Positions 19,371-28,646 of a stretch of 64,000 nt of DNA are shown in pieces (the first letter of the stretch is position 1; every line of letters begins with the position of its first letter). This DNA comes from Candidatus Omnitrophota bacterium (GTDB lineage Bacteria > Omnitrophota > Gorgyraeia > Gygaellales > Profunditerraquicolaceae): NCBI GenBank assembly GCA_016867115.1, contig VGKG01000001.1, forward strand, positions 173,403 to 237,402. Direction: 5' to 3'. The position numbers and the translations under genes are program-made. The notes below the pieces were generated by a model. It was not told where the DNA came from and made no database searches. It saw only the letters and a list, made by a program, of their open reading frames with translations.

Positions 19371-19495
19371 CAAAACCTCCTGGCATGATATTAAGGGATT
19401 CACCGTGCCATATCGCACCTTGGCAAAAATGTGGCCAAGTACGCCCTTTCTGGGCTGGATTGGCAAGTGCGCGCTTTCTGCGCAGAAACCTTATT

Positions 19496-19524
19496 ATATT
19501 ACCATAAGGTGAAAGCTTGGGCAA
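19496..19524 (-). promoter_or_regulatory. Candidate sigma70 promoter for the GDT1-lpxK-LPS operon
   Basis: TTGCCC-N17-TAATAT with extended TGn; overlapped by inverted repeat ACCTTAT-N9-ATAAGGT. Confidence 0.55.
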
Positions 19525-19583
19525 CAGGTTTTTTGGCTAATCTCAGGCAAAAAAGTCCTTAAATTGCAGATAGATACGCAATT

Positions 19584-20264
19584 TCAGCAGCCCGTAGGCA
19601 GGCGGCAGGAGCGCTCCACGATCGCGGTGATCTGGGATAATTCATCCAGCACGATATCCGCGGCCTTAAGGTACTCTTTGGGAAGGCTGGTGGTGACAGC
19701 AATGCAGGTCATGCCCGCGCTTTTGGCTGAGGCAATACCAAAGGGCGCGTTCTCTATTACTACGCATTCCGAAGGGCTGACCCCCAGGATCCGGGCTGCC
19801 TTAAGATAAGGCTCGGGGTGAGGCTTACCCTTCTTAACTTCGTTACCTGCTACGATCCCGTCAAAGAGCATGCGGATCTTTGAGGAAAGGATCCATCTTA
19901 ATTCGGTATCCGGGGTCCCGGTGACCAGGCCCACGGAATATCCTTTTTGCCTGAGGCAGTTGATGATCTCGGGGGCACCCCTGAAGATGTAGCGCTTGAA
20001 GTTTTTCCTGAAGATCCTCTGGCGGTCCTGAAAGATCTTCTTAAGCAGGGGCTTTGTGGGGATAATCCGGTAACGCGTAAGGAGGCTTTTTAAGGTCTTC
20101 TCCCAGCGCTCCCCCTCCTTGGAATAGACATCGAAACAGTTCACCCTGACTCCCCAGGGCCTGAGGGCCTCATACCAGGCGAGGAAATGATACGGCATAG
20201 AATCCACGATCACCCCGTCCATATCAAAGATGATTGCCTTGGGTTTATTTTTTAGTTTACTCAT
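19584..20264 (-). CDS. HAD family IA phosphatase (beta-PGM-like)
   Basis: IFDMDGVIVDS, KGKPHPEPY, IENAPFG; likely start MSKLKN at 20264. Confidence 0.9.
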   Translation of the reverse strand: MSKLKNKPKAIIFDMDGVIVDSMPYHFLAWYEALRPWGVRVNCFDVYSKEGERWEKTLKSLLTRYRIIPTKPLLKKIFQDRQRIFRKNFKRYIFRGAPEIINCLRQKGYSVGLVTGTPDTELRWILSSKIRMLFDGIVAGNEVKKGKPHPEPYLKAARILGVSPSECVVIENAPFGIASAKSAGMTCIAVTTSLPKEYLKAADIVLDELSQITAIVERSCRLPTGC

Positions 20265-20271
20265 CTTGAGG

Positions 20272-20997
20272 TCAGTCCGAATCCGTGGAGAGGAAGGAGA
20301 GGTTCCTGTCGATGAACTCAAGTATCTTCTGTTGTACCACCGTCGCAATATTGATGAACTCAACCCCCATGCCGGGGTGGAAATGCGGCTGGATCTGCTT
20401 ATCCGGAAGCCAGACCACCCGCGCCTCCACTTCGAAATCTTCCTGTTTAGGGGGCAGTTTTATCTTCATGACCACTTCATCGCCCAGCTTGAACTTATCG
20501 CAGCCGAAGAGAAAGGCGCCGATCGCGCTTAGATTAAGCATCTCTACCTTAAAGCATACCGGAGTCCTTGAGAACTTCGGCCTGACCTCGACCTTGATAT
20601 CCACGCTCAGGCGCCGGAAGCGGCGGCGCATCTGCATGCGCTTGATGTTCTCGATGACCTTGTCCTCCTTGAAGCTGTTTATGGCATGGTCTTCGTGGGC
20701 GTAGATCTCGATCACCCGGTCAAGGCCTGCGACCGAAAAGACGCCCCGTAAATGCGCCGGGATATTCACGAACTTCATCCTGCCTTTGTTATTGAGCACC
20801 TCTTTGTAGGCGATGACGATCACCGAGACTCCCATGTAATCGATGAAATCCACCTCCTCGAAATTAGAGAGGATATCCAGGTACCCGTCGCGCACGCACT
20901 GGCCCACCACCTCCACGAAACTGGCGGAATCTATGTCAATGTGGCCGGCCAAGTCCAGGATGATCACGCCTTCTTTCTGCCTTGCCCGGATCTCCAT
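20272..20997 (-). CDS. STAS (anti-anti-sigma)::PilZ fusion protein
   Basis: STAS fold N-terminus (LDLAGHID...VDFIDYMG...AGLD); PilZ RRRFRR...NLSAIG...ARVVW...GMGVEF. Confidence 0.85.
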   Translation of the reverse strand: MEIRARQKEGVIILDLAGHIDIDSASFVEVVGQCVRDGYLDILSNFEEVDFIDYMGVSVIVIAYKEVLNNKGRMKFVNIPAHLRGVFSVAGLDRVIEIYAHEDHAINSFKEDKVIENIKRMQMRRRFRRLSVDIKVEVRPKFSRTPVCFKVEMLNLSAIGAFLFGCDKFKLGDEVVMKIKLPPKQEDFEVEARVVWLPDKQIQPHFHPGMGVEFINIATVVQQKILEFIDRNLSFLSTDSD

Positions 20998-21016
20998 GAC
21001 TCATCTCCTTAATTAA

Positions 21017-21045
21017 ATATTACCACAGCCGCTAAGAGAAGGCAA
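21017..21045 (-). promoter_or_regulatory. Candidate sigma70 promoter for STAS-PilZ
   Basis: TTGCCT-N17-TAATAT with TGn extension, then AAGGAG RBS. Confidence 0.55.
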
Positions 21046-22309
21046 TGTTTTCGATATGCTCTAAGGTACTGCGGGTTGCGCCTTCGTTTTCAAGGATCAG
21101 GCGCTTCGCAGCCCGGCCAAGTTCCAGCATCTGCTCCGGGTGTTTAAGCAGGTCGCGGATCGCAACTTCCAGCTCCTTTGCGCCGTTGATCCTGATGGCA
21201 GCGTTATTGTTCAGGAAGAGCTCGGCGATGTCGCGGAAATTAGCCATGTGCGGGCCGAAGACCACCGGCTTTGCCAGAGAGGCAGGCTCAAGGATATTGT
21301 GCCCGCCTTTTTTGACCAGAGACCCGCCCATAAAGACGATATCCGAGACGGAAAAAAATAAAAATAGGTGCCCTATGGTATCCAAAATAAAGACAATATC
21401 CTGCCCTGCCTGAGTAATGATCTTCTTCTCAAGCAGGGAGCTAATCCTGTGCGGAGTAAAACCTGCACGCCTGATCAGCCTTTCTATTTCGGGTGCGCGT
21501 TCCGGATGCCGCGGGGCAATGATCAGCCGCAAGAAACCGAAATCCTGCGACAGGGCCTTGTATGCGCTTAAGACCCGGGACTCCTCGCCCCTGTGGGTGG
21601 AACCGGCGATCAGGATTTTTTCTTCCGGCATCAGACCGAGCCTGGATTTATATACGGAGTAATCCTTTTTGGTATCCAGGTTCTTTACCGCATCGAACTT
21701 CATATTCCCGGTGACCTTCACTTTCTGCGCGCTTACGCCCAGGCGCATTAATCTATCGGCATCGCGTCCGGTCTGCACCAGGAAAAGATCCACTTTTTCC
21801 AGGACCGGCTTTAGTAAAAACTTAACCGCCCGATAACCCTTAAATGAGCTGTCCGAGATCCTGCCGTTGACTAAGACTATCGGTATGCCTTTGCGGTTAA
21901 GCGCAGTAATCAGATTCGGCCAGAGTTCAGTCTCGACGATAATAAATAATGCCGGGTCTATTTTTTTGATCACGCGCCCGGTGATGAATGAAAAATCCAG
22001 GGGCAGATAGGTGACAAAATCGCCTCCTGCGGCATAGCTACGCACGATCTTATTGCCGGTAGGGGTAACGGTTGAGATGACGAACTTTTTCTTGGGAAAG
22101 GCCTTATGGAGGTCTGCGATCAATCCTTTCGCAGTCAGGGCTTCTCCGACGCTTACGGCATGTATCCAGACCGGTTTTTTCAGAGAAAGATTTTTAGGCG
22201 GGAACCCTAAGCGCTGCCGGAAGCCGGAATGGAACTTGCCGCGCAACAGGTATGCAGGCAGATAAAATACCGCGATCAGCAGAAAAATAAGGTCGTAGAT
22301 CAATCGCAT
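21032..22309 (-). CDS. waaA: Kdo transferase
   Basis: WIHAVSVGE, ETELWPN, GNMKFD, PRHPER, GGHNILEPA. Confidence 0.96.
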   Translation of the reverse strand: MRLIYDLIFLLIAVFYLPAYLLRGKFHSGFRQRLGFPPKNLSLKKPVWIHAVSVGEALTAKGLIADLHKAFPKKKFVISTVTPTGNKIVRSYAAGGDFVTYLPLDFSFITGRVIKKIDPALFIIVETELWPNLITALNRKGIPIVLVNGRISDSSFKGYRAVKFLLKPVLEKVDLFLVQTGRDADRLMRLGVSAQKVKVTGNMKFDAVKNLDTKKDYSVYKSRLGLMPEEKILIAGSTHRGEESRVLSAYKALSQDFGFLRLIIAPRHPERAPEIERLIRRAGFTPHRISSLLEKKIITQAGQDIVFILDTIGHLFLFFSVSDIVFMGGSLVKKGGHNILEPASLAKPVVFGPHMANFRDIAELFLNNNAAIRINGAKELEVAIRDLLKHPEQMLELGRAAKRLILENEGATRSTLEHIENIAFS

Positions 22310-22323
22310 ACTATCCTCTCCTC

Positions 22324-23193
22324 TTAAGCATGCGGATGCGCTTTATCGTATACGCTCTTCAGCTTGTCCGTTGTCAGATGCGTATAGATCTGGGTGGTAG
22401 AGAGATTCGCATGTCCCAGAAGCTCCTGCACCGTGCGCAGGTCAGCCCCGCGGTTCAACAGGTGCGTGGCAAAGGAGTGCCGCAGCGTATGCGGGGAGAC
22501 CCCCTGTTTTATCCCGGCTTTTTTTATGTATTTTAAGACGATGCCGCGCACGCCTCTGGTGGTGATACGCCTGCCGTTCTTGTTCAGGAATATTGCCTCT
22601 TGAGTACTCTTTCTCTTATCCAGATATTTGCGGATAGCTGCGGAGGCGATGTCTCCTACCGGGACCACGCGCTCTTTTTTGCCCTTTCCCATGACCTTGG
22701 CGATCCCGCCGATAAGGTCCAGGTCCGGGACATTAAGCCCCACCAGCTCCGAGATACGCATGCCCGTGGAATAAAAGGTCTCTAAAATCGCCCGGTCGCG
22801 CAGGGACATCAGGTCTTTTTCATCCTTAGGCAGGGCGGAAGAGATGAGTTTTATGACCTCATCTTCGGTCATGAATGCGGGAAGGTGCTTGTCCAGCTTC
22901 GGGCTTGAGAGCATAAGGATGGGATTGGTCTTCAGATACCCGTCGCGGGCAAGGAAACGGAAAAAGGAGCGCAGCGCCGAGAGCCTGCGGTTGATGGTGC
23001 GCGGGCCCAGGGACTTTTCTTTAAGCACTGCCAGGTATTTTCTTAAAGAGAGGTAATCGACTTTCTCTAGTTCTGTCCCGGCGAGGAATTTATTGAAGTC
23101 TTCGAGGTCTAATTTGTAATTTAATATGGTGTGAGATGAGTAATTCTTTTCGATTTCCAGGTATCGGATAAACTTCTCGATATATTTTTCCAC
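22324..23193 (-). CDS. xerC: Tyrosine recombinase XerC
   Basis: RISEL, GKGKKER, HTLRHSFATHLL, LLGH...TTQIYTH, HPHA; dprA-topA-xerC synteny; likely GTG start at 23193. Confidence 0.9.
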   Translation of the reverse strand: MEKYIEKFIRYLEIEKNYSSHTILNYKLDLEDFNKFLAGTELEKVDYLSLRKYLAVLKEKSLGPRTINRRLSALRSFFRFLARDGYLKTNPILMLSSPKLDKHLPAFMTEDEVIKLISSALPKDEKDLMSLRDRAILETFYSTGMRISELVGLNVPDLDLIGGIAKVMGKGKKERVVPVGDIASAAIRKYLDKRKSTQEAIFLNKNGRRITTRGVRGIVLKYIKKAGIKQGVSPHTLRHSFATHLLNRGADLRTVQELLGHANLSTTQIYTHLTTDKLKSVYDKAHPHA

Positions 23194-23195
23194 GC

Positions 23196-23291
23196 GGAGC
23201 CCCTCGGTCTTTAGGCCGAGGCTCCCTCCCTGAAGCAAAATCATATTCCGCGATTTCTTTCCCCGGACTGAAATCCGAGGATTTTGCGGAA
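23196..23291. mobile_element. Paired inverted ~20-nt palindromes; possible IS200/IS605-end-derived or REPIN-like miniature element
   Basis: cctcggtctttaggccgagg and ccccggactgaaatccgagg (15/20 identical after inversion), each in a longer hairpin. Confidence 0.45.
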
Positions 23292-23295
23292 GGGG

Positions 23296-25269
23296 TTACT
23301 CCTCAGATTTTTCCTGCGGCAGATTCCTGGAAGTGAACCTGCACTTGGGAAAGTTTGAGCAGCCGTAAAAGAAACCCCTCTTGGAGCGGCGCTCGATCAG
23401 TTCCCCGCCGCAGCCTGCTTCGGGGCATTTTACCCCCGAGGTGATGGATTTAGAGTTCTTGCACTTGGGATACCCGGAACAGCTTAAGAACTTGCCGCGC
23501 CTGCCCCATTTGACCACCATCGGCAGGCCGCATTTATCGCAGACTTCTGAAGTGGTGACCACTTCCTTCTTGATGTTCGCCTGCGCAAAGTCAAGGCTCG
23601 CCTTAAAAGGCGCGTAAAACTCTTCCAGGACTTTCAGCCGGTTCAGCCGGCCTTCTTCTATTTCGTCCAGCTCCTCCTCCATGAGCGCTGTGAACTTCAG
23701 ATCCATGATCCTGGGGAAATATTCAAGGAGCAGGTCGCAGACCTTAAAGCCCAGTTCCGTCGGCTGAAAATATCCCTTTATCCTGCGCGCGTAATCACGC
23801 TGGATGAGCGTCTGGATGATCGGCGCGTAAGTAGAAGGCCGGCCGATGCCCTCCTCTTCCAGCGCCTTGACCAGGGAACTGTCTGAGTAGCGCGCAGGAG
23901 GCTTGGTGAAATGCTGGGAAGGGGTAAGGCTGGCCAGCTTAAGCAGCTCGTCCTTCTCAAGGGCCGGGATGACGTTCTTTTCTTTATCGTCGTTGTTACG
24001 GTTATAGACCTTCATAAAACCTTCGAAGATAAGCTTGCTGCCGGAAGCGCCGAAGCGATATTTTCCCGCGGCGATATCTACCGAAGTGCTCAGATAACGC
24101 GCAGGGGCCATCTGGCTGGCGATAAAACGGTTATAGATCAGCTCGTAAAGTTTATACTGCTCGGGGCTTAAGAAGCCTTTAAGGTTGGCAGGGTCATAAC
24201 TTACAAAGGTGGGGCGGATCGCCTCATGTGCCTCCTGGGCGAGCTTCTTTACCTTGTAGACATTGGGCGCATCGGGCAGATATTCCTTGCCGAAGGCGTG
24301 ACGGATGTGGCCGCGGAGCTCCTCGATAGCTTCGGGTGCGGCGCGCGGCGAATCCGTGCGCATGTAGGTGATAAGGCCGACGGGAGAGCTCTTGCCGATA
24401 TCTATGCCTTCATAGAGCTGCTGGGCTACGATCATGGTCTTGGTGGCGTTGAACTTCAACTTATTGAACGCCTCCTGCTGCAGGGTGCTGGTGATAAAGG
24501 GCGCCTCGGCAGAACGCTTCTTCTCGCCAGCCTTTACCTCAAGGACCTTGAACTCCTGGCCCCTTATATCCGCAGCCAGCGCCTCCGCTTCTTCCTTATT
24601 TTGTATCTGGGCCTTCTTATCTTCTATTTTTTCCAGTTTTGCGCTGAAGGGCTCTGCGTCTTTCTCCTCTGCCTTGCAAAGCTTGGCCTCAATCTCCCAG
24701 TATTCATGCGCGATGAACTTCTGAATCTCCCTTTCCCTGTCCGTGATCAGGCGCAGGGCCACTGACTGGACTCTTCCCGCAGAGAGCCCCCGGGCGATCT
24801 TTTTCCAGAGTAACGGGCTTAAAAAATACCCTACCAGCCTGTCCAGTATCCGGCGGCCTGCCTGCGCCTCGACCATTTTCGGGTCAAACTCCCGCGGACT
24901 CTTAAAAGCGCCGCTCACCGCCTGGGGAGTAATCTCATGGAAGACGACGCGCAAGACCTTTTTTCCTTTAAAGATCCTCTCCCTGATCTGCCAGCCGATC
25001 GCTTCGCCCTCGCGGTCAGGGTCAGTGGCGATGTAAATGGTATCTTTGTCCTTGCCCTCTTTCTTCAGGCTGGTCATGACCTTCTGCCTTCCCTGGATCA
25101 CCGTATATTCCGGCTCAAAACCCTTCTCTACATCCACGCCCAGGTCCTTTTTCGGAAGGTCGATCACATGGCCCATGGAAGAGACCACCTTGAAATTATC
25201 GCCCAGGATCTTGCCGATGGTCTTGGCTTTGGTAGGTGATTCGACTATTACCAGACTCTTATCCTTCAT
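23296..25269 (-). CDS. topA: DNA topoisomerase I
   Basis: IVESPTKA, ATDPDREGE, SAGRVQS, ITYMRTD, two C-terminal Zn ribbons. Confidence 0.97.
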   Translation of the reverse strand: MKDKSLVIVESPTKAKTIGKILGDNFKVVSSMGHVIDLPKKDLGVDVEKGFEPEYTVIQGRQKVMTSLKKEGKDKDTIYIATDPDREGEAIGWQIRERIFKGKKVLRVVFHEITPQAVSGAFKSPREFDPKMVEAQAGRRILDRLVGYFLSPLLWKKIARGLSAGRVQSVALRLITDREREIQKFIAHEYWEIEAKLCKAEEKDAEPFSAKLEKIEDKKAQIQNKEEAEALAADIRGQEFKVLEVKAGEKKRSAEAPFITSTLQQEAFNKLKFNATKTMIVAQQLYEGIDIGKSSPVGLITYMRTDSPRAAPEAIEELRGHIRHAFGKEYLPDAPNVYKVKKLAQEAHEAIRPTFVSYDPANLKGFLSPEQYKLYELIYNRFIASQMAPARYLSTSVDIAAGKYRFGASGSKLIFEGFMKVYNRNNDDKEKNVIPALEKDELLKLASLTPSQHFTKPPARYSDSSLVKALEEEGIGRPSTYAPIIQTLIQRDYARRIKGYFQPTELGFKVCDLLLEYFPRIMDLKFTALMEEELDEIEEGRLNRLKVLEEFYAPFKASLDFAQANIKKEVVTTSEVCDKCGLPMVVKWGRRGKFLSCSGYPKCKNSKSITSGVKCPEAGCGGELIERRSKRGFFYGCSNFPKCRFTSRNLPQEKSEE

Positions 25270-25298
25270 ATGGAACAGGCCCCCCCTGATCTTCGCTC

Positions 25299-26363
25299 TT
25301 AAAGCCTTGTAAACTGTTTTCCCGGCAACTGTCTTACCAGGCGTTTTATCTGCAGTCTTAAAAGTATATCAGAAATCTCCGGGATTTCCAGGTTTGTTTT
25401 TTCCGCCAGCTCATCCAGATGAACGGGTTCCTTAACGATCCTGGCCAGGATCAGGCGTTCGCGCCGGTCAATGGCTTCTTTTTCCGGCGGGACCGGCTGC
25501 GGCAGGAGCTCTTCGGTGATATCCTCTATGCGGGACACAAGTTTTGCGCCCTGTTTGATCAGGCCGTTTGCGCCGAAAGAGGTCGGGGAATCTACCTTTC
25601 CCGGCAGGGCAAAGACTTCCCTGCCCTGCTCCAGGGCGAAATCTGCGGTGATCAGGGCGCCGCTGTTCCTGGCTGCCTCGACCACCAGGATTCCGAGGCT
25701 GAGGCCGCTGATGACGCGGTTACGCCTGGGAAAATTGCTTTTAAGGGGCGCTGTATCCAGAGGAAACTCCGAGATCACCGCGCCGCTACGGCTAATCTCT
25801 TCTGCGAGTTTACCGTTCTCCGGAGGGTAAATCCTGCGCAAGCCACTGCCGATCACGGCGACGGTGCGCCCGCCTGCTTTTAGGGCTCCGCGGTGCGCAC
25901 AGGTGTCAATGCCGCGCGCCATGCCGGAGATGACCGTGTAGCCTTCATGAGCCAATTCAGAGGCGAATATTTCGGCATTACCCAATCCGTAGAAGCTGGC
26001 GCGCCGGGAACCGACAATACCTATGCTCAGGTTGTCTTCAGGGCCCAAACTTCCCATTACATAGAGTACGATCGGTGGATCCGGAATAACGGCAAGGTTC
26101 CTGGGGTATGCTTCATCGCCCAGGGCAATAATCTTAAGCCCCAGTTTACGCGCCGCCTTTAACTCCCTATCCGCATCCTCTTTTTTTAAAGCGCATATCT
26201 TTGCCGCGATCTTTGCGCCGATCCCTTGGACTTGCAACAATTTATCCCGCGGGGCAGCTAAGATGTTTTGCGGTTTGCCGAAGACTTCTAAGAGCCGCTT
26301 CAGGCGGATGCCTGCGATGTCCAGGGTCAGGTTTAAACTTACTAAAGCCTCAAGTTCCGTCAT
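25299..26363 (-). CDS. dprA: DNA-processing protein DprA
   Basis: IVGSR, SGMARGID, FPRRNRVISGLS, SGALIT, C-terminal winged helix. Confidence 0.95.
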   Translation of the reverse strand: MTELEALVSLNLTLDIAGIRLKRLLEVFGKPQNILAAPRDKLLQVQGIGAKIAAKICALKKEDADRELKAARKLGLKIIALGDEAYPRNLAVIPDPPIVLYVMGSLGPEDNLSIGIVGSRRASFYGLGNAEIFASELAHEGYTVISGMARGIDTCAHRGALKAGGRTVAVIGSGLRRIYPPENGKLAEEISRSGAVISEFPLDTAPLKSNFPRRNRVISGLSLGILVVEAARNSGALITADFALEQGREVFALPGKVDSPTSFGANGLIKQGAKLVSRIEDITEELLPQPVPPEKEAIDRRERLILARIVKEPVHLDELAEKTNLEIPEISDILLRLQIKRLVRQLPGKQFTRL

Positions 26364-26896
26364 CTTTTTTTCTTTGCCGGCGGCTTCTTATCTATCAGCT
26401 TGATGATCTTCTCCGCCACCTGCTCCACCGAAAGCTTAGTGGTATCGATGGTCTTATGCGCCTGGGCATAATAGGGCGCGCGCAGTTTCAGCAGGAGGTC
26501 TATCTGCCTCTTTGGGTCAGGGACATTTAAAAGCGGCCGGTGCGTATAGCGGCTGGTCCGCCCCAGTATCGCCTCGGGGGTTGCGCTCAGGCAGATCATC
26601 GCCCCCGTCTCCTTCATGATCCGGATATTGTCCGCATCCAGCACTATGCCGCCGCCGCAGGCGACCACGAACTTCTTCTGCAGGGAGACTTCTTTCAATG
26701 TCCTCTTCTCCAGGCGCCGGAAATATGGCTCGCCGCTCTTGGCGAAGATCTCGGGGATCGGCCTCTTCTCTTTCAGCTCGATCAATTCGTCAAGGTCGAC
26801 AAACTGCCACTTTTTTCTTCTGGCGAGCTCCCTGGCCGCCGCGGATTTTCCGGTGCCCATGAAACCTACGAGGTAAATGTTATTTAGTTTTTTCAT
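26360..26896 (-). CDS. aroK: Shikimate kinase
   Basis: GFMGTGKS, GEPYFRRLE, ACGGG, RPLL. Confidence 0.95.
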   Translation of the reverse strand: MKKLNNIYLVGFMGTGKSAAARELARRKKWQFVDLDELIELKEKRPIPEIFAKSGEPYFRRLEKRTLKEVSLQKKFVVACGGGIVLDADNIRIMKETGAMICLSATPEAILGRTSRYTHRPLLNVPDPKRQIDLLLKLRAPYYAQAHKTIDTTKLSVEQVAEKIIKLIDKKPPAKKKR

Positions 26897-26907
26897 TTTA
26901 ATTATTC

Positions 26908-26983
26908 AGGGACACCCTCACGATTGTCTCAGAGGGCGTCCCTCAGCGGGGACGCCGTCAGTTTTGACTGGGAGGGCGTCCCT
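26908..26983. repeat. GGGAC...GTCCC palindromic repeat, tandem pair (copy 2)
   Basis: agggacaccctc-acgattgtctca-gagggcgtccct, then ggggacgcc...gggcgtccc. Confidence 0.75.
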
Positions 26984-26987
26984 GTTT

Positions 26988-27245
26988 TTATTCCTGGTAC
27001 GCGGCCAGCACTATTTCCGAGAGATTCTGGCGTGCTTCCTTGGTCAGGGGCAAAAAGGTATCATACCATTTCCCGTCTTTTGACTTTTCCTGAGGCATGG
27101 AAAGGAATAACCCGTCCTTGCCCTGCACCAAGCGAAGGCCTTTTACGATAAAATCGCCGATAGCGACATCGCAAAAGGCCTTGACCTTGGAATCTCCCTC
27201 ATAGCGGTAGAGCCGCACTACTTTTAACTCTGTGTCCTTCTCCAT
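26988..27245 (-). CDS. spoVG: SpoVG family nucleic-acid-binding protein
   Basis: KVKAFCDV...VKGLRLVQGKDGLFLSMP...DTFLPL...AY; AAGGAGGTG RBS. Confidence 0.85.
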   Translation of the reverse strand: MEKDTELKVVRLYRYEGDSKVKAFCDVAIGDFIVKGLRLVQGKDGLFLSMPQEKSKDGKWYDTFLPLTKEARQNLSEIVLAAYQE

Positions 27246-27247
27246 CT

Positions 27248-27290
27248 TAATCACCTCCTTCTATTATAACTGATACAAAGGAGGCGATTA
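27248..27290 (-). promoter_or_regulatory. 13-bp hairpin sequestering the spoVG Shine-Dalgarno
   Basis: TAATCGCCTCCTT-N17-AAGGAGGTGATTA (one G.U pair); TATAAT in the loop. Confidence 0.6.
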
Positions 27291-27305
27291 TCTAACAGGA
27301 AATTT

Positions 27306-27593
27306 TCAGTACGCGCTCTCTACGTAAATTTCGTGGCGGTTAATATCCTGGGCGATCTTGTCGTATTCCAGCTCTTCCAGGATCTTTTCAAAGCCCTTGG
27401 TGCGACCCGTGCCCAGGCCGTTAACCACAAGCACAAGATTGGCAACCGGGATATTTTTCACGAAGAGTACGATACGCACGGCTACCGCACTGTAATTCCT
27501 TCCCGAGCGGTTTTCTATCTCACCCTTTACCGCCACCTGATTGGAACCCTCAGCCTTTACGATCTCTACATTATAGAAGTTAAAATTAGGCAT
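27306..27593 (-). CDS. Small beta-sandwich hypothetical protein (FxLYD-like)
   Basis: VKGEIENRSGRNY...VRIVLF pattern; RBS present; co-oriented with neighbours. Confidence 0.6.
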   Translation of the reverse strand: MPNFNFYNVEIVKAEGSNQVAVKGEIENRSGRNYSAVAVRIVLFVKNIPVANLVLVVNGLGTGRTKGFEKILEELEYDKIAQDINRHEIYVESAY

Positions 27594-27603
27594 CGTGTCT
27601 CCC

Positions 27604-28644
27604 CTATGCGGTCCTCTTCCCGTAATTCCGGTAAGCGCTTTTTATATCCGCAAGGCTGTCTGCCCCGAACTTTTCAAGCAGCGCGTCTGCCAGGACAAAT
27701 GCGCTTGCGGATTCAGCGATCACTCCCGCTGCATCCACGACGCAGATATCCGAACGCTGCACGCTTGCCCTGGAAGGCTTCCTGGTATTTATATTCACTG
27801 AACCGAGAGGTTCAAGCAATGTAGCGATGGGCTTCATGCAGGCACGCAGGATCACATCTTCTCCGTTTGTGACCCCGCCCTCGATGCCTCCGGCATTGTT
27901 AGTCGTACGATAAAAACCCCTTCCCTTCTTATAATGGATCACATCGTGCACCTCTGAACCGAAACTGAAACCGTAACCTATGCCCAAGCCGACCTCAACC
28001 GCCTTGATCCCGGGAATAGACATGATGCCGGCGGCGAGCCGCCCATCCAGGCGCCTGTCCGGCTGGACGAAACTTCCCAGTCCCGCAGGCACGCCTTTGA
28101 CCACCACTTCAAATACCCCTCCGACCGTATCCTTGTTCTCCATGGCCTCTTTAATCTTTGCCACCATGGCCGGCCTGGTATTTTCGCCGCCGATGGAGAG
28201 AACCCGGCTCATGATCTTTATGCCGAACTCGCTTAAGAAGATCTTGCAGACTGCGCCCACCCCCACTACCGAAACAGTGCTGCGGGCAGAGGCACGTTCC
28301 AACACATCCCGCACATCGCTAAAACCGTACTTAAGAAGGCCGGCTAAATCCGCATGGCCGGGACGGGGAGAGGCCACTTTCGGCAGCTTTTCAATGCTGA
28401 AATCTTTATTGCGTATCAACAGGGCTATGGGGCTGCCTAAGGTCTTCTGATTTCTTAGGCCAGAGAGGATCTCGGCGCGATCGCTTTCGATCTGCATGCG
28501 CAGGCCCCTGCCAAAACCGGCTTGCCTGCGCCTGAGCTCCTGGTTGATGATCGCTGGATCTACTTTGAGGCCTGCGGGCATACCCTCCAAGATAGCCACC
28601 ATTGCTTTCCCGTGCGATTCACCTGCGGTCAGATAACGTAACAT
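27604..28644 (-). CDS. aroC: Chorismate synthase
   Basis: LTAGESHG, RPGHADL, ERASAR, NNAGGIEGG, MKPIATL, RSDIC. Confidence 0.97.
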   Translation of the reverse strand: MLRYLTAGESHGKAMVAILEGMPAGLKVDPAIINQELRRRQAGFGRGLRMQIESDRAEILSGLRNQKTLGSPIALLIRNKDFSIEKLPKVASPRPGHADLAGLLKYGFSDVRDVLERASARSTVSVVGVGAVCKIFLSEFGIKIMSRVLSIGGENTRPAMVAKIKEAMENKDTVGGVFEVVVKGVPAGLGSFVQPDRRLDGRLAAGIMSIPGIKAVEVGLGIGYGFSFGSEVHDVIHYKKGRGFYRTTNNAGGIEGGVTNGEDVILRACMKPIATLLEPLGSVNINTRKPSRASVQRSDICVVDAAGVIAESASAFVLADALLEKFGADSLADIKSAYRNYGKRTA

Positions 28645-28646
28645 GT

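Noticed and set aside
22324-23193. Tyrosine recombinase as a prophage or island integrase
   Set aside because: XerC-type sequence in standard dprA-topA-xerC context, with no att sites or cargo
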